Made by a program: the position numbers and the translations under genes
Notes under the pieces: generated by a model
Told to the model about the DNA's origin: nothing
Seen by the model: the letters and a program-made list of their open reading frames with translations, nothing else
Database searches by the model: none
In this document: piece after piece, positions 48,691 through 58,790 of the stretch
How positions within the stretch are numbered: position 1 is the first letter of the stretch
Layout of the letters: every line of letters starts with the position of its first letter
Assembly: GCA_963676795.2 (NCBI GenBank)
Contig: CAXXTB010000002.1
Location: 1-64,000 of the forward strand
Direction of reading: 5' to 3'
DNA: 64,000 nucleotides
DNA from: Geopsychrobacteraceae bacterium
GTDB lineage: Bacteria; Desulfobacterota; Desulfuromonadia; Desulfuromonadales; Geopsychrobacteraceae

Positions 48691-49655
48691 CAGCTCTTGA
48701 AACGGTACCATTGGTCAGTGGTTTTGCTCCTGTGACACGCCTTGGTATGGGGTGTTGGGCTATTGGTGGACACGGTTGGGGTGCTGTTAAAGAAGAAGAC
48801 TCCGTTCGTGCAGTGAACTGTGCTCTCGACCAAGGAGTTACCTTTTTTGATACTGCAGATGCTTATGGCTTGGGGAAATCAGAAACACTCCTTGCCAAAA
48901 TTTTAGGATATAAGCGTCATTCTTTAGTCATCGGGACCAAGGGCGGGGTTAAGTGGGATGATTGTGGTAAAATTTGGACAGATATTTCTCCAGAATCTCT
49001 CCGGCAATCCCTTGAAGGAAGTTTGAGACGTCTTCGGCTTGATACAATCCCTTTGTACTACATTCATAAGCCTGACAATATTACGAGGATAGGGGAGAGT
49101 ATCGCTGCACTCAGACGTTTTCAGGAAGAAGGAAAACTCGTAGACATCGGAGTCGCAAATTTTAGTCCTGAACAACTCTTAGAGGCTTTGGAAGTAGCAT
49201 CGGTCAAAGTCATCCAGCTCAGATTGAACCTGTTTGAACCGGATCTGTTGGAAGAATATGAGTGTATCTGTCGCGAACATGGTGTCCACCTTGTTGCGTG
49301 GGGTGCTTTGGCTGATGGCTTGCTAACCGGAAAATTTGACAGCAATTCGTCTTTTGGTCTCGACGATCATCGCAGTAGCATGCCTGACTTTGTCGGGGAG
49401 CGTTATTCCTGTAACCTTCAAAGTGTGTCGCAACTTGCTGAATTTGCCGCTGAGCTCAAGGTTCCATTAAGTCAACTTGCTCTACGATGGGTATTGGATA
49501 GTTCTGATATCACAATGCCGTTGTTTGGTGCGAAGACAGACCAGCAGGTTGAGCAGAATATTTCGGCTTCGAGTTGGCGCCTCAGTTCAGCAGATATCCA
49601 TATTATTAATTCCATTGTTGAGAATGTCCGGAGATCATATGGTCTATTCAGTTAA
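48687..49655 (+). CDS. Aldo/keto reductase
   Basis: LGMGCW, FFDTADAYG, TKGG, SLRRL, YYIH and IGVANFS motifs. Confidence 0.9.
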   Translation: MTALETVPLVSGFAPVTRLGMGCWAIGGHGWGAVKEEDSVRAVNCALDQGVTFFDTADAYGLGKSETLLAKILGYKRHSLVIGTKGGVKWDDCGKIWTDISPESLRQSLEGSLRRLRLDTIPLYYIHKPDNITRIGESIAALRRFQEEGKLVDIGVANFSPEQLLEALEVASVKVIQLRLNLFEPDLLEEYECICREHGVHLVAWGALADGLLTGKFDSNSSFGLDDHRSSMPDFVGERYSCNLQSVSQLAEFAAELKVPLSQLALRWVLDSSDITMPLFGAKTDQQVEQNISASSWRLSSADIHIINSIVENVRRSYGLFS

Positions 49656-50619
49656 AACGATAAAAGATTTATACCGCACCATGCTGAGAATTCGTTTTGT
49701 GGAAGAAGGGTTCGTTGAACCCATACTTAACGGCGAAGTTAAGTGCCCTGTTCATCTATATTCAGGTGAAGAGGCGATTGCTGCTGGAGTATGTACAGCG
49801 CTGACGCGAGACGATTATATTTTGGGCAGCCACCGTTCTCACGGGCATTATCTCGCGAAGGGGGGCGATCTGAAGACTCTGGTCGCCGAGGTGTTCTGTC
49901 GCGAAACCGGTTGTTCGCAGGGCCGCGGAGGTTCGATGCATTTGATTGATCCTGATGTCGGTATGCTTGGTTCAGCTCCAATCGTTGCTGGAACAATCTC
50001 TCTTGCATTGGGAGCAGCCTTAGCTTCATCGATCAGAAGGGATGGTAGAGTAGCCGTCAGTTTTTTTGGAGATGGTGCCACCGGAGAAGGGGTGTTGTGT
50101 GAGTCCATTAATTTTGCTGCACTAAAGAAATTACCGATTATTTTTGTTTGTGAAAATAACCTGTATTCCACTCACCTCTCAATTGATGAAATTCGGGTTA
50201 ATCGTGAGATCCATCATTTGGGCAAACCTTTTGGAGCTAAGAGTATCCAGGTTGATGGGAACGATGTCCTCTGTGTTTATGAGCAAGCTATTCAGGCAAT
50301 TGATGCTTGCAGAAATGGAGCGGGCCCTGTGTTGTTGGAATGTATGACTTACCGTCAGAGGGGGCATGTCGGTCCTGATGATAACGTTCAGGGACTTCAT
50401 ACCGATATCCGGCCACCGAAAGAGCTTGCGAGTTGGATCGCTAAAGATCCTCTTAAAAAGCTAGAAGCATACATGCTGGAAGAATGCGGTTTGTCGAGTG
50501 CTGATCTGGAGAAGATCCGGATTGCTGTAGAAAGAGAAGTGTCTGAGGCTTTTGAATACGCACAAAAGAGCCAATTTCCAGCTTCTCTGGGGATGGGGAA
50601 TTATGTCTTCGCAGATTAG
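49639..50619 (+). CDS. ThDP-dependent dehydrogenase E1 alpha subunit
   Basis: HRSHGH, GRGGSMH, GDGA...ENN and TYRQRGH motifs. Confidence 0.92.
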   Translation: MVYSVKTIKDLYRTMLRIRFVEEGFVEPILNGEVKCPVHLYSGEEAIAAGVCTALTRDDYILGSHRSHGHYLAKGGDLKTLVAEVFCRETGCSQGRGGSMHLIDPDVGMLGSAPIVAGTISLALGAALASSIRRDGRVAVSFFGDGATGEGVLCESINFAALKKLPIIFVCENNLYSTHLSIDEIRVNREIHHLGKPFGAKSIQVDGNDVLCVYEQAIQAIDACRNGAGPVLLECMTYRQRGHVGPDDNVQGLHTDIRPPKELASWIAKDPLKKLEAYMLEECGLSSADLEKIRIAVEREVSEAFEYAQKSQFPASLGMGNYVFAD

Positions 50620-51595
50620 AAAATTGTCTTACGGCTCTGCCATCAATGAAGCTTTTCATCAATGTATGGAGTCGGATGATTCTGTCATTTTGCTTGGCCA
50701 AGGAGTTAAGAGCCCTTGGTATGTTGGTAATACGGCAACGGGTTTGTTAGATCGCTTCGGTGAAGCGCGTGTCATTGATACACCGGTTTCGGAAAATGCC
50801 ATAACAGGCGCTGCTGTGGGAGCTGCAATGGCTGGAATGCGTCCGATTGTTGTGCATCCGCGGATGGATTTTATGTTGTTTGCCTTTGATCCGATCATTA
50901 ATGAGGCCGCAAATTGGTATTATATGAATGGTGGAAAACTATCTGTTCCGGTAGTTTTTTGGGGTGTTATCAATAGGGGGGGGGAACAAGGAGCTCAGCA
51001 TTCACAGGCTTTACATGCGATGTTTGCTCATGTTCCGGGATTAAAAGTCGTGATGCCTGCAACTGCGTACGATGCAAAGGGGCTTTTGGTAGCGGCAATT
51101 CAGGATAATAATCCAGTTGTTTTTATTGATGATCGCTGGATGTATGGAAATAAATCCCACGTACCTGAGGGGCTCTATTCCGTACCTATTGGACAGGGCG
51201 CTCTTTTGAAAGAAGGGACCGATATTACAATTATCGCGATATCGTACATGGTCCAAGAGGCTCAGGAAGCAGCTATCAGTCTTGAAGGTGATGGCATATC
51301 CGTTGAAGTCCTGGATCCTAGAACAATAAAGCCACTCGATAAAAATTTGATATTGGACTCTGTGAAAAAGACAGGTCGAGTGTTGATTGCGGATTGTGGC
51401 TGGAAATCATTTGGCGTTTCAGCTGAGATTTCCGCGCTAATTTCTGAGAATTGTGCTGCTAGCTTGAAGTCCAATATCGTGCGTGTTGCTTTGCCTGATA
51501 CGCCTGCCCCTGCCAGCAGGAGCCTTGAGCAGGAGTATTATCCAAAAGCAAATGATATTGTCCTCAGGATAAGGGAAATGCTGCAGAGAAGTTGA
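50603..51595 (+). CDS. ThDP-dependent dehydrogenase E1 beta subunit
   Basis: RVIDTPVSENAITG, GAQHSQ, PGLKVVMP and RTIKPLD motifs. Confidence 0.92.
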   Translation: MSSQIRKLSYGSAINEAFHQCMESDDSVILLGQGVKSPWYVGNTATGLLDRFGEARVIDTPVSENAITGAAVGAAMAGMRPIVVHPRMDFMLFAFDPIINEAANWYYMNGGKLSVPVVFWGVINRGGEQGAQHSQALHAMFAHVPGLKVVMPATAYDAKGLLVAAIQDNNPVVFIDDRWMYGNKSHVPEGLYSVPIGQGALLKEGTDITIIAISYMVQEAQEAAISLEGDGISVEVLDPRTIKPLDKNLILDSVKKTGRVLIADCGWKSFGVSAEISALISENCAASLKSNIVRVALPDTPAPASRSLEQEYYPKANDIVLRIREMLQRS

Positions 51596-51813
51596 TGTGG
51601 CTCTGTAGATTGCTGAGTTGTTCTAGCTTAAGTTGACTATACAATAAATGTATACTTGGCATTTTTGATGGTGCAGACGACATCATGGGGAAAATAGAGC
51701 ATTCAAAATGATCTACTAAATATGGATTCTTTGATATTCTTTTAGGGAGTCTAAAAACTAATAATCCACTTATTTCTGTCAACTCAGATGATGTCACTTG
51801 AGAAGGGGAATCT

Positions 51814-53727
51814 GTGAATTCACTATTGTTTCGTAGTCGGACTTATATAGTTTCTGCAATAACCATTGTTATTGTCGTAGGTTCTTTGGTGCTCGCCTAT
51901 GCTGTCAGGTTTGATTTTTGGGTGCCACGGACCTATTGGCCAAGAATTCTTTCTCTTTTGCCTGTGGTTTTAGTCATTAAGGTAGGTATTTTCTGGCGAT
52001 ACGGTTGTGTCAGGGGATGGTGGCGCTATGTTTCAATGCCCGATCTGATTCAGATTGCCAAAGCTAATCTTCTTGCTTCAGCAGTTTTTACGACATTTTC
52101 TGCCGTCGTTTTTCAATTGGACAGGATTCCACGCAGTATTCTTCTTTTAGACGGTATCTTGTGTTTTTTATTGATTGGTGGGGTGCGTTTTTTGACGCGC
52201 GCTGTTCGTGAGCAATACTTCCCTTCTCGGAGAGGATCGGGAGTCATGTCCGCACGTGTTCTACTTTTCGGGGCGGGTGACGCAGGTCAATTGATTGCAC
52301 GCGAGATTCGCCAGAACCCCACTCTTGCTCTGGATGTGATTGGTTTTATTGATGATGACAGAAGAAAGCAGAAAGCCTTTTTTCAAGGGGTGAAAGTGTT
52401 AGGTACGCAGGATCAGATGACGGCTCTGGTCAGCAAGCACGAGATAGATGAGGTCATTATCGCGATTCCTTCGGCAACGGGCAAACAGTTGCACTGTATT
52501 GTTGAAAAATGTCGGGAAAGCGATGTCAAATTCAAGACGTTGCCGAGTGTTGGCGACCTGATCGGTGGGGTTGTTTCTGTTCAGCAGATACGCGATGTTG
52601 ATCTGAATGACTTGTTGGGCCGGGAGCCGATCCAGCTTGACGAGGTTCAAATCAGCAACTTTCTTCGCGGCAAGCGTATTCTGGTGACAGGTGCTGGCGG
52701 CAGCATTGGCAGCGAGTTGTGCCGCCAGATAGCCCGCTTCGCTCCCGATAAACTCATCCTGTTTGAAAATGGCGAAACGCCTCTTTTTACGATAGAGCAG
52801 GAATTGGTTCAGCTGTTTCCTGATGTGGCTATTGTACCTATTGTCGGTGATATCAGAAATCCTGTACGGGTCAATGCGATTTTTGACGAGCAGATGCCTC
52901 AGGTGGTGTTTCATGCGGCAGCCTACAAGCACGTGCCGATGATGGAGAAGAACCCAGCGGAAGCCGTCAATAATAATATTCGGGGAACCTGTAATCTGGC
53001 TGATGCGGCCAACTTATTCAAAGTTGAGAAATTCGTCATGGTTTCGACCGACAAGGCTGTCAGGCCGACCAATGTCATGGGCGCGACCAAACGGGTTGCT
53101 GAGCTCTATGTTCAGTCTCTGAACAAGCAGAGCAAGACCAGTTTTGTAACGACTCGTTTTGGAAATGTCCTGGGCAGTAATGGCAGTGTTATCCCGACAT
53201 TTAAGGAACAATTAAAAAAAGGTGGTCCATTGACTGTTACCCATCCCGAGGTGACGCGCTTTTTCATGACAATTCCCGAGGCTGTGCAGTTAGTGCTGCA
53301 GGCTGGTAGTATGGGCAGTGGTGGCGAGATCTATCTGTTTGATATGGGGGAACCAGTCAAGATCAAGTTTCTTGCTGAAGAGCTGATCCGTCTGTCAGGG
53401 TATAAGCCGTATGAAGATATCGATATCGTCTACACGGGCCTAAGGCCTGGTGAGAAGCTTTATGAGGAGCTGCTTCTGGCAGATGAAGGGGTATTGCCAA
53501 CGCCCCACAAGCAGATATGTGTTGCGCAGTCTGTTGACCTTTCTTTGCCTCAGTTGACAGTGCAGATTGATGCTTTGGTCGCTGATGCCAAGGCTCTTGA
53601 TATTACTGGGACTCTGGGAAAGTTAAAACATTTGGTTCCGGAATATGATCCGGCAGACAATGCTCATGGTGTCGGGGCGCAGGGGGCTTTTCATCGGGAA
53701 AATCTGAAGTTAACTGTTGTGAAATAG
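51814..53727 (+). CDS. Membrane-bound UDP-GlcNAc 4,6-dehydratase (PglF/WbpM/CapD)
   Basis: N-terminal TMs, GAGGSIGSE, HAAAYKHVP, STDKAV, MGATK and RFGNVLGS. Confidence 0.93.
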   Translation: MNSLLFRSRTYIVSAITIVIVVGSLVLAYAVRFDFWVPRTYWPRILSLLPVVLVIKVGIFWRYGCVRGWWRYVSMPDLIQIAKANLLASAVFTTFSAVVFQLDRIPRSILLLDGILCFLLIGGVRFLTRAVREQYFPSRRGSGVMSARVLLFGAGDAGQLIAREIRQNPTLALDVIGFIDDDRRKQKAFFQGVKVLGTQDQMTALVSKHEIDEVIIAIPSATGKQLHCIVEKCRESDVKFKTLPSVGDLIGGVVSVQQIRDVDLNDLLGREPIQLDEVQISNFLRGKRILVTGAGGSIGSELCRQIARFAPDKLILFENGETPLFTIEQELVQLFPDVAIVPIVGDIRNPVRVNAIFDEQMPQVVFHAAAYKHVPMMEKNPAEAVNNNIRGTCNLADAANLFKVEKFVMVSTDKAVRPTNVMGATKRVAELYVQSLNKQSKTSFVTTRFGNVLGSNGSVIPTFKEQLKKGGPLTVTHPEVTRFFMTIPEAVQLVLQAGSMGSGGEIYLFDMGEPVKIKFLAEELIRLSGYKPYEDIDIVYTGLRPGEKLYEELLLADEGVLPTPHKQICVAQSVDLSLPQLTVQIDALVADAKALDITGTLGKLKHLVPEYDPADNAHGVGAQGAFHRENLKLTVVK

Positions 53728-53735
53728 TTCCGAGA

Positions 53736-53790
53736 AGCGTGACTGGTGAAGTGTGAAGCACTATACGCTTACGAATCACGTTCCCCACGG
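53736..53790. repeat. Short solo heptamer-type block (R4)
   Basis: gcgtgactggtgaagtgtgaagc...gcttacgaatcacg; same vocabulary as R1-R3. Confidence 0.55.
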
Positions 53791-53891
53791 GATTAATACA
53801 TTTCGTCAAATGCTGTCGTTATCGCTGTTATCTATGTTACCATCCACAATTCTTTTTTGCTGTTGATTGTTATTCTTGCGAGGCATTCTCT

Positions 53892-54623
53892 GTGCAATAT
53901 GAAACAAAAAGCCGCTCGGTTCTGAAGGCGATTTCCTGGCGAACCTGTGCGACATTAACCACGGCAGTTATCGTCTTTATTTTTACCGGCGCCTTCACTC
54001 TGGCGATTACCGTTGGCCTGCTTGAGGTTTTTGCCAAGATGGGGCTCTATTTTTTTCATGAGCGCGCCTGGCAGAAGATCGGCTTTGGCAAGAAAGAGGT
54101 TCCCTCTTTTGTCCTCTGGTTTACCGGTCTGCCTGCCTCTGGCAAAAAGGCGCTGGCTGATGCCGTCTATGAACAGCTGAAGAAAAGTAAACTGAAAGTC
54201 GAACGACTTGACAGTCATGATGTCCGCCCATTGTTTCCCGAAACCGGTTTTTCTCCTGAGGAGGTCGACCGCCATGTGCGGCGATCCGGGCATCTCTGCA
54301 GTATGCTGGAGAAGAACGGGGTGATTGTCGTCGCTTCGTTTGTCTCTCCTTATGCCGAGAGTCGCAGGTTTGTCCGCGGTTTGGCGAAGAATTTTATCGA
54401 AGTTTACATGGACACCACCGTTGCGGCATGTGAGAAACGAGACGAAGCGGGACATTATGCCAAGGCGCGCAGCGGCGAGTATCGGTTTTTTCCCGGCATC
54501 GATGTTGAGTATGAAGTTCCCCAGGACCCCGATATCGTGATTCCGGTAGACAGCTTGAGTGTTGATGCCTCCGCCCAAAAGATTGTCCAGTATCTGAAGA
54601 AGAATATTCTCAATGGGAAATGA
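53892..54623 (+). CDS. DUF2061-like membrane domain fused to an APS-kinase-like domain
   Basis: ETKSRSVLKAISWR...YFFHERAW, then WFTGLPASGKK, FVSPY and YEVP. Confidence 0.75.
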   Translation: MQYETKSRSVLKAISWRTCATLTTAVIVFIFTGAFTLAITVGLLEVFAKMGLYFFHERAWQKIGFGKKEVPSFVLWFTGLPASGKKALADAVYEQLKKSKLKVERLDSHDVRPLFPETGFSPEEVDRHVRRSGHLCSMLEKNGVIVVASFVSPYAESRRFVRGLAKNFIEVYMDTTVAACEKRDEAGHYAKARSGEYRFFPGIDVEYEVPQDPDIVIPVDSLSVDASAQKIVQYLKKNILNGK

Positions 54624-54686
54624 AATCAGCTTTAGGCTCTTAGCTGTAAGCCTTAGAATTTTATTCTAAAAGGCGAATATTTATTG

Positions 54687-54760
54687 AATCACAGAGTTCA
54701 CGGAGGGAAACAGGGCTGTTTTAATATGGGTTTTCTCGGGGTTCTCAGTGACTCAGTGGT
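54687..54760. repeat. CACAGAG-family palindromic repeat (degenerate)
   Basis: aatcacagagttcacggag...ctcggggttctcagtgactcagtggt. Confidence 0.7.
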
Positions 54761-54872
54761 GCGTGGTTTTGAGAAGTTAGATTGAAAAGTTGATTGAACT
54801 ACATTAGATACAGGATGCACAGAATAATTGCCAAAGTCATCGATGGCGAGATTCTAAAAGATTGGAAAAATA

Positions 54873-55772
54873 ATGAATTTAACTCACTTGAAACAGTTGG
54901 AAGCGGAGAGCATTCACATCATTCGTGAGGTGGTTGCCGAATTTGAGAACCCGGTCATGCTCTATTCGATCGGCAAGGACTCATCGGTCATGCTGCACCT
55001 GGCCCTGAAGGCCTTTTATCCCGCCAAGCTGCCTTTTCCTCTGATGCATGTCGATACAACCTGGAAGTTCAAGGAAATGATCGAATTCCGTGATCAGATG
55101 GCTCATCAACATGGTTTTGATCTTTTGGTCTATACCAACCAGGAAGGGGCCCAGCAGGGGATCAACCCATTTACCCATGGCAGCGCCCTGTATACCGATG
55201 TCATGAAGACCGAAGGGCTCAAACAGGCACTCGACAAGTATAAGTTCGATGCGGCCTTTGGTGGCGCACGACGTGACGAGGAAAAGTCACGCGCTAAAGA
55301 ACGGATCTTCTCCTTCCGGACCAGCAACCACCGTTGGGATCCGAAAAGCCAGCGTCCTGAACTGTGGAATCTGTACAACGCCCGTGTCAACAAGGGGGAA
55401 AGCATTCGGGCCTTTCCGCTCTCCAACTGGACCGAGCTGGATATCTGGCAGTACATCTATCTGGAGAACATTCCTATCGTTCCGCTCTATTATTCGAAGG
55501 AACGTCCGGTTGTCGAGCGCGATGGCATGTTGATCATGGTTGATGATGACCGGATGGAACTTCAGCCCGGGGAAAAGGTCGAGATGAAGTCGGTGCGTTT
55601 CCGGACTCTCGGTTGTTATCCACTGACCGGGGCTGTTGAATCAACGGCAGCTACTCTGCCGGATATCATTCAGGAGATGCTGCTGACCAGAACCAGTGAA
55701 CGGCAGGGCCGCCTGATCGACCACGATCAGGCCGGTTCTATGGAAAAGAAGAAACAGGAAGGTTATTTCTAA
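54873..55772 (+). CDS. cysD: Sulfate adenylyltransferase subunit 2
   Basis: [25 protein letters not shown] and RFRTLGC motifs. Confidence 0.97.
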   Translation: MNLTHLKQLEAESIHIIREVVAEFENPVMLYSIGKDSSVMLHLALKAFYPAKLPFPLMHVDTTWKFKEMIEFRDQMAHQHGFDLLVYTNQEGAQQGINPFTHGSALYTDVMKTEGLKQALDKYKFDAAFGGARRDEEKSRAKERIFSFRTSNHRWDPKSQRPELWNLYNARVNKGESIRAFPLSNWTELDIWQYIYLENIPIVPLYYSKERPVVERDGMLIMVDDDRMELQPGEKVEMKSVRFRTLGCYPLTGAVESTAATLPDIIQEMLLTRTSERQGRLIDHDQAGSMEKKKQEGYF

Positions 55773-55783
55773 AAAGACAAATT

Positions 55784-55894
55784 AACCACCCGCTCACGAT
55801 GTTCGCTAGAGAACACCGAGAAAGCAAGAGAACTTTTATAGCAAAAAAGAATTCTTTTAGTTTTTCTCTGTGGTCCTCAGTGCTCTCTGTGGTT
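55784..55894. repeat. CACAGAG-family palindromic repeat
   Basis: aaccac...agagaacaccgag...ctctgtggtcctcagtgctctctgtggtt. Confidence 0.8.
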
Positions 55895-55919
55895 CATAAG
55901 AATTTTAAAGGATTTTATC

Positions 55920-57836
55920 ATGGCTCATCAGTCAGACATGATCGCTGAAGATATACACGCGTACCTGAAAGCTCAGGAAGAAAAGTCGATGCTCCGCTTC
56001 ATTACCTGCGGTAGCGTCGATGACGGCAAAAGTACCCTGATCGGTCGGCTTTTGTGGGATTCGAAGATGATTTTCGAGGACCAGCTGGCGGCTTTGGAAG
56101 CTGACAGCAAGCGTGTCGGGACTCAAGGTGAAAACATCGACTACGCTCTTCTGCTCGACGGTCTTCAGGCTGAGCGTGAGCAGGGGATCACCATCGATGT
56201 GGCCTATCGTTTCTTCTCGACCGATAAGCGCAAGTTCATTGTTGCAGATACCCCTGGCCATGAGCAGTACACCCGAAACATGGTCACCGGTGCCTCAACG
56301 GCAGGTGTTGCGGTTATTCTGATTGACGCCCGTAAGGGGGTTCTGACCCAGACCCGGCGTCACAGCTATCTCGTCTCTTTGGTCGGCATCAAGAATGTTG
56401 TTGTCGCTGTCAACAAGATGGACCTGGTTGACTACGATCAGCAGCGTTTTGAAGATATCTGTCAGGATTACAGGGAACTGGCCCGGGATCTTGAATTTGA
56501 GGAGATTACCTATATCCCTCTTTCGGCCCTGAATGGTGACAATGTCATTACCAATCTTGTCCCTCAGGAAGCTGGCTTCGAGCCCGTCTCAAACATGCCC
56601 TGGTACAGTGGATCGACGCTGCTGAATTATCTCGAAACCGTGCAGGTCGTTGATCGCTCGCAGGAACAGCCATTCCGGATGAGGGTCCAGTGGGTTAATC
56701 GGCCGAACCTTGATTTTCGCGGGTTCTGCGGAACCATTGCTGCCGGGAAGATCAGGCCGGGCGACGCCATTGTCGTTCCATCGTCCGGGCAGACCAGCAG
56801 GGTTGCCCGGATTGTGACAATGGATGGTGACCTTGACGAGGCGGTTGCCGGTCAGGCGATTACCATCTGTCTGCAAGATGAGATCGATATCAGCCGGGGT
56901 GATATGCTGGCCGATACGGTCAGCCGTCCTGATTTCGCTGACCAGTTTGAAGCCAAGATCGTCTGGTTGCATGAAGAGGCGATGCTGCCGGGGCGCAGCT
57001 ATCTTCTCAAGGCGGGTTCCGCGACAGCTCCGGCACAGATCAGTGAGCTGAAACGAAAGATCAACGTCAATACGCTGCAGCCAGAACCTGCAAAGACGCT
57101 GGAGATGAATGAGGTCGGAATCTGTAATGTCAGCATCAGCAAAGCGATAGCCTTTGATGCCTATAAGGACAACCGCTACACTGGGAATTTTATTCTGATT
57201 GATCGCTTTACCAACGCGACAGTTGGTGCGGGGATGATCGATTTCCCGCTACGTCGGGCAACGAACGTTCACTGGCAGTCGGTCGATATTGACAAGCAGA
57301 GTCGTGCGGAGATGAAGGGGCAGAAACCAAGGGTCCTCTGGTTCACCGGTTTGTCGGGTGCCGGGAAGTCAACAATCGCCAATCTGGTGGAGAAGAGACT
57401 TCATTCCATGGGCAAGCATACCTATATGCTCGATGGAGATAATGTGCGCCATGGCTTGAATCGTGACCTTGGGTTTACAGCAGTGGACCGGGTTGAAAAT
57501 ATCCGTCGGATCGCCGAGGTGTCGAAGCTTTTTGTCGATGCGGGGATGATCGTGCTGACTGCATTTATCTCGCCATTCAAAAGCGAGCGGGCAATGGCCA
57601 GAGAGCTGCTCGAGGCTGGAGAGTTCGTCGAAATCTTTGTCGATACTCCGATCGACGTCTGTGAAGAACGTGATGTCAAAGGTCTCTACAAAAAAGCTCG
57701 TAGTGGTGAACTGAAAAACTTCACCGGTATCGATTCCGATTATGAAGCACCGGAAAATCCAGAAATTCGCGTAGACGGCACCAGCGCTACCGCCGAAGAA
57801 CTGGCCGAACAGATTGTCCGGGAGTTGTTTGGATAA
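55920..57836 (+). CDS. cysNC: Bifunctional sulfate adenylyltransferase subunit 1 / APS kinase (CysNC)
   Basis: [14 protein letters not shown] and NKMD; C-terminal GLSGAGKST and LDGDNVR. Confidence 0.96.
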   Translation: MAHQSDMIAEDIHAYLKAQEEKSMLRFITCGSVDDGKSTLIGRLLWDSKMIFEDQLAALEADSKRVGTQGENIDYALLLDGLQAEREQGITIDVAYRFFSTDKRKFIVADTPGHEQYTRNMVTGASTAGVAVILIDARKGVLTQTRRHSYLVSLVGIKNVVVAVNKMDLVDYDQQRFEDICQDYRELARDLEFEEITYIPLSALNGDNVITNLVPQEAGFEPVSNMPWYSGSTLLNYLETVQVVDRSQEQPFRMRVQWVNRPNLDFRGFCGTIAAGKIRPGDAIVVPSSGQTSRVARIVTMDGDLDEAVAGQAITICLQDEIDISRGDMLADTVSRPDFADQFEAKIVWLHEEAMLPGRSYLLKAGSATAPAQISELKRKINVNTLQPEPAKTLEMNEVGICNVSISKAIAFDAYKDNRYTGNFILIDRFTNATVGAGMIDFPLRRATNVHWQSVDIDKQSRAEMKGQKPRVLWFTGLSGAGKSTIANLVEKRLHSMGKHTYMLDGDNVRHGLNRDLGFTAVDRVENIRRIAEVSKLFVDAGMIVLTAFISPFKSERAMARELLEAGEFVEIFVDTPIDVCEERDVKGLYKKARSGELKNFTGIDSDYEAPENPEIRVDGTSATAEELAEQIVRELFG

Positions 57837-57843
57837 GCCGGTT

Positions 57844-57959
57844 AACCACTCGTTCGCTATGCTCACTTGAGGACACAGAGAAAAGCGTGGAGTTTTTGTT
57901 TTAAAACATGAAAAACAGGTTTTAGGTTTACTCGGTGGATCTCGGTGCTCTCTGTGGTT
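57844..57959. repeat. CACAGAG-family palindromic repeat, upstream of GxxExxY
   Basis: aaccac...gtggtt ends; near-identical to the three copies at 58359-58779. Confidence 0.93.
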
Positions 57960-57982
57960 CATAGTTTAAAAAAGGGTGGGAT

Positions 57983-58354
57983 ATGCAGGATGATGAGTTA
58001 ACGGATTCGATTATTGGAGCGGCAATCTCTGTTCATCGTGAATTGGGTCCGGGGCTTTTGGAGTCAACTTATGAATCCTGTTTAGCTTATGAGCTTGGTA
58101 AAAAAGGTTTTGCAGTAGAAAAGCAGAAAAGCCTGCCAGTTCAATACAAGGAAGTAGCGCTGGATTGTGGCTATCGAATTGATCTTCTTGTTGAGGGTCG
58201 TATTATTATTGAGCTAAAGACAGTTGATAAATTGCTACCAATCCATCAGGCCCAGTTGATAACCTATTTGAAACTATCGGATTGTCATATAGGTCTGTTG
58301 ATCAATTTTAACGAACTGCGAGTCAAGGATGGTATCAGGCGTTTTGTCGTATAA
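57983..58354 (+). CDS. GxxExxY protein (PD-(D/E)XK nuclease-like)
   Basis: VHRELGPGLLESTY, YRIDLLVEGRIIIELKTV and GLLINF motifs. Confidence 0.93.
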   Translation: MQDDELTDSIIGAAISVHRELGPGLLESTYESCLAYELGKKGFAVEKQKSLPVQYKEVALDCGYRIDLLVEGRIIIELKTVDKLLPIHQAQLITYLKLSDCHIGLLINFNELRVKDGIRRFVV

Positions 58355-58358
58355 AACG

Positions 58359-58779
58359 AACCACCTGCTTCGCTTGAGAGCACAGAGAAAAGCGTGGAGT
58401 TTTTATTTTAAAACATGAAAAACAGGTTTTAGATTCACTCGGTGGATCTCAGTGCCCTCTGTGGTTAGATCTTGTGAATTTTGCATAGGTTTAAGTACAA
58501 ATTACGAAAAAATTAAACCACCCGCTTCGCTTGAGAGCACAGAGAAAAGCGTGGAGTTTTTGTTTTAAAACATGAAAAACAGGTTTTAGATTCACTCGGT
58601 GGATCTCAGTGCCCTCTGTGGTTAGATCTTGTGAATTTTGCATAGGTTTAAGTACAAATTACGAAAAAATTAAACCACCCGCTTCGCTTGAGAGCACAGA
58701 GAAAAGCGTGGAGTTTTTGTTTTAAAACATGAAAAACAGGTTTTAGGTTTACTCGGTGGATCTCGGTGTCCTTTGTGGT
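58359..58779. repeat. Three ~108-bp palindromic repeats at 157-bp period
   Basis: Copies start at 58359, 58516 and 58673 and are separated by two identical 49-bp linkers. Confidence 0.95.
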
Positions 58780-58790
58780 GAAGAAAGGTT

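Noticed and set aside
58359..58779. CRISPR array
   Set aside because: Repeats are ~108 bp, the two linkers are identical, and there are no cas genes in the window.
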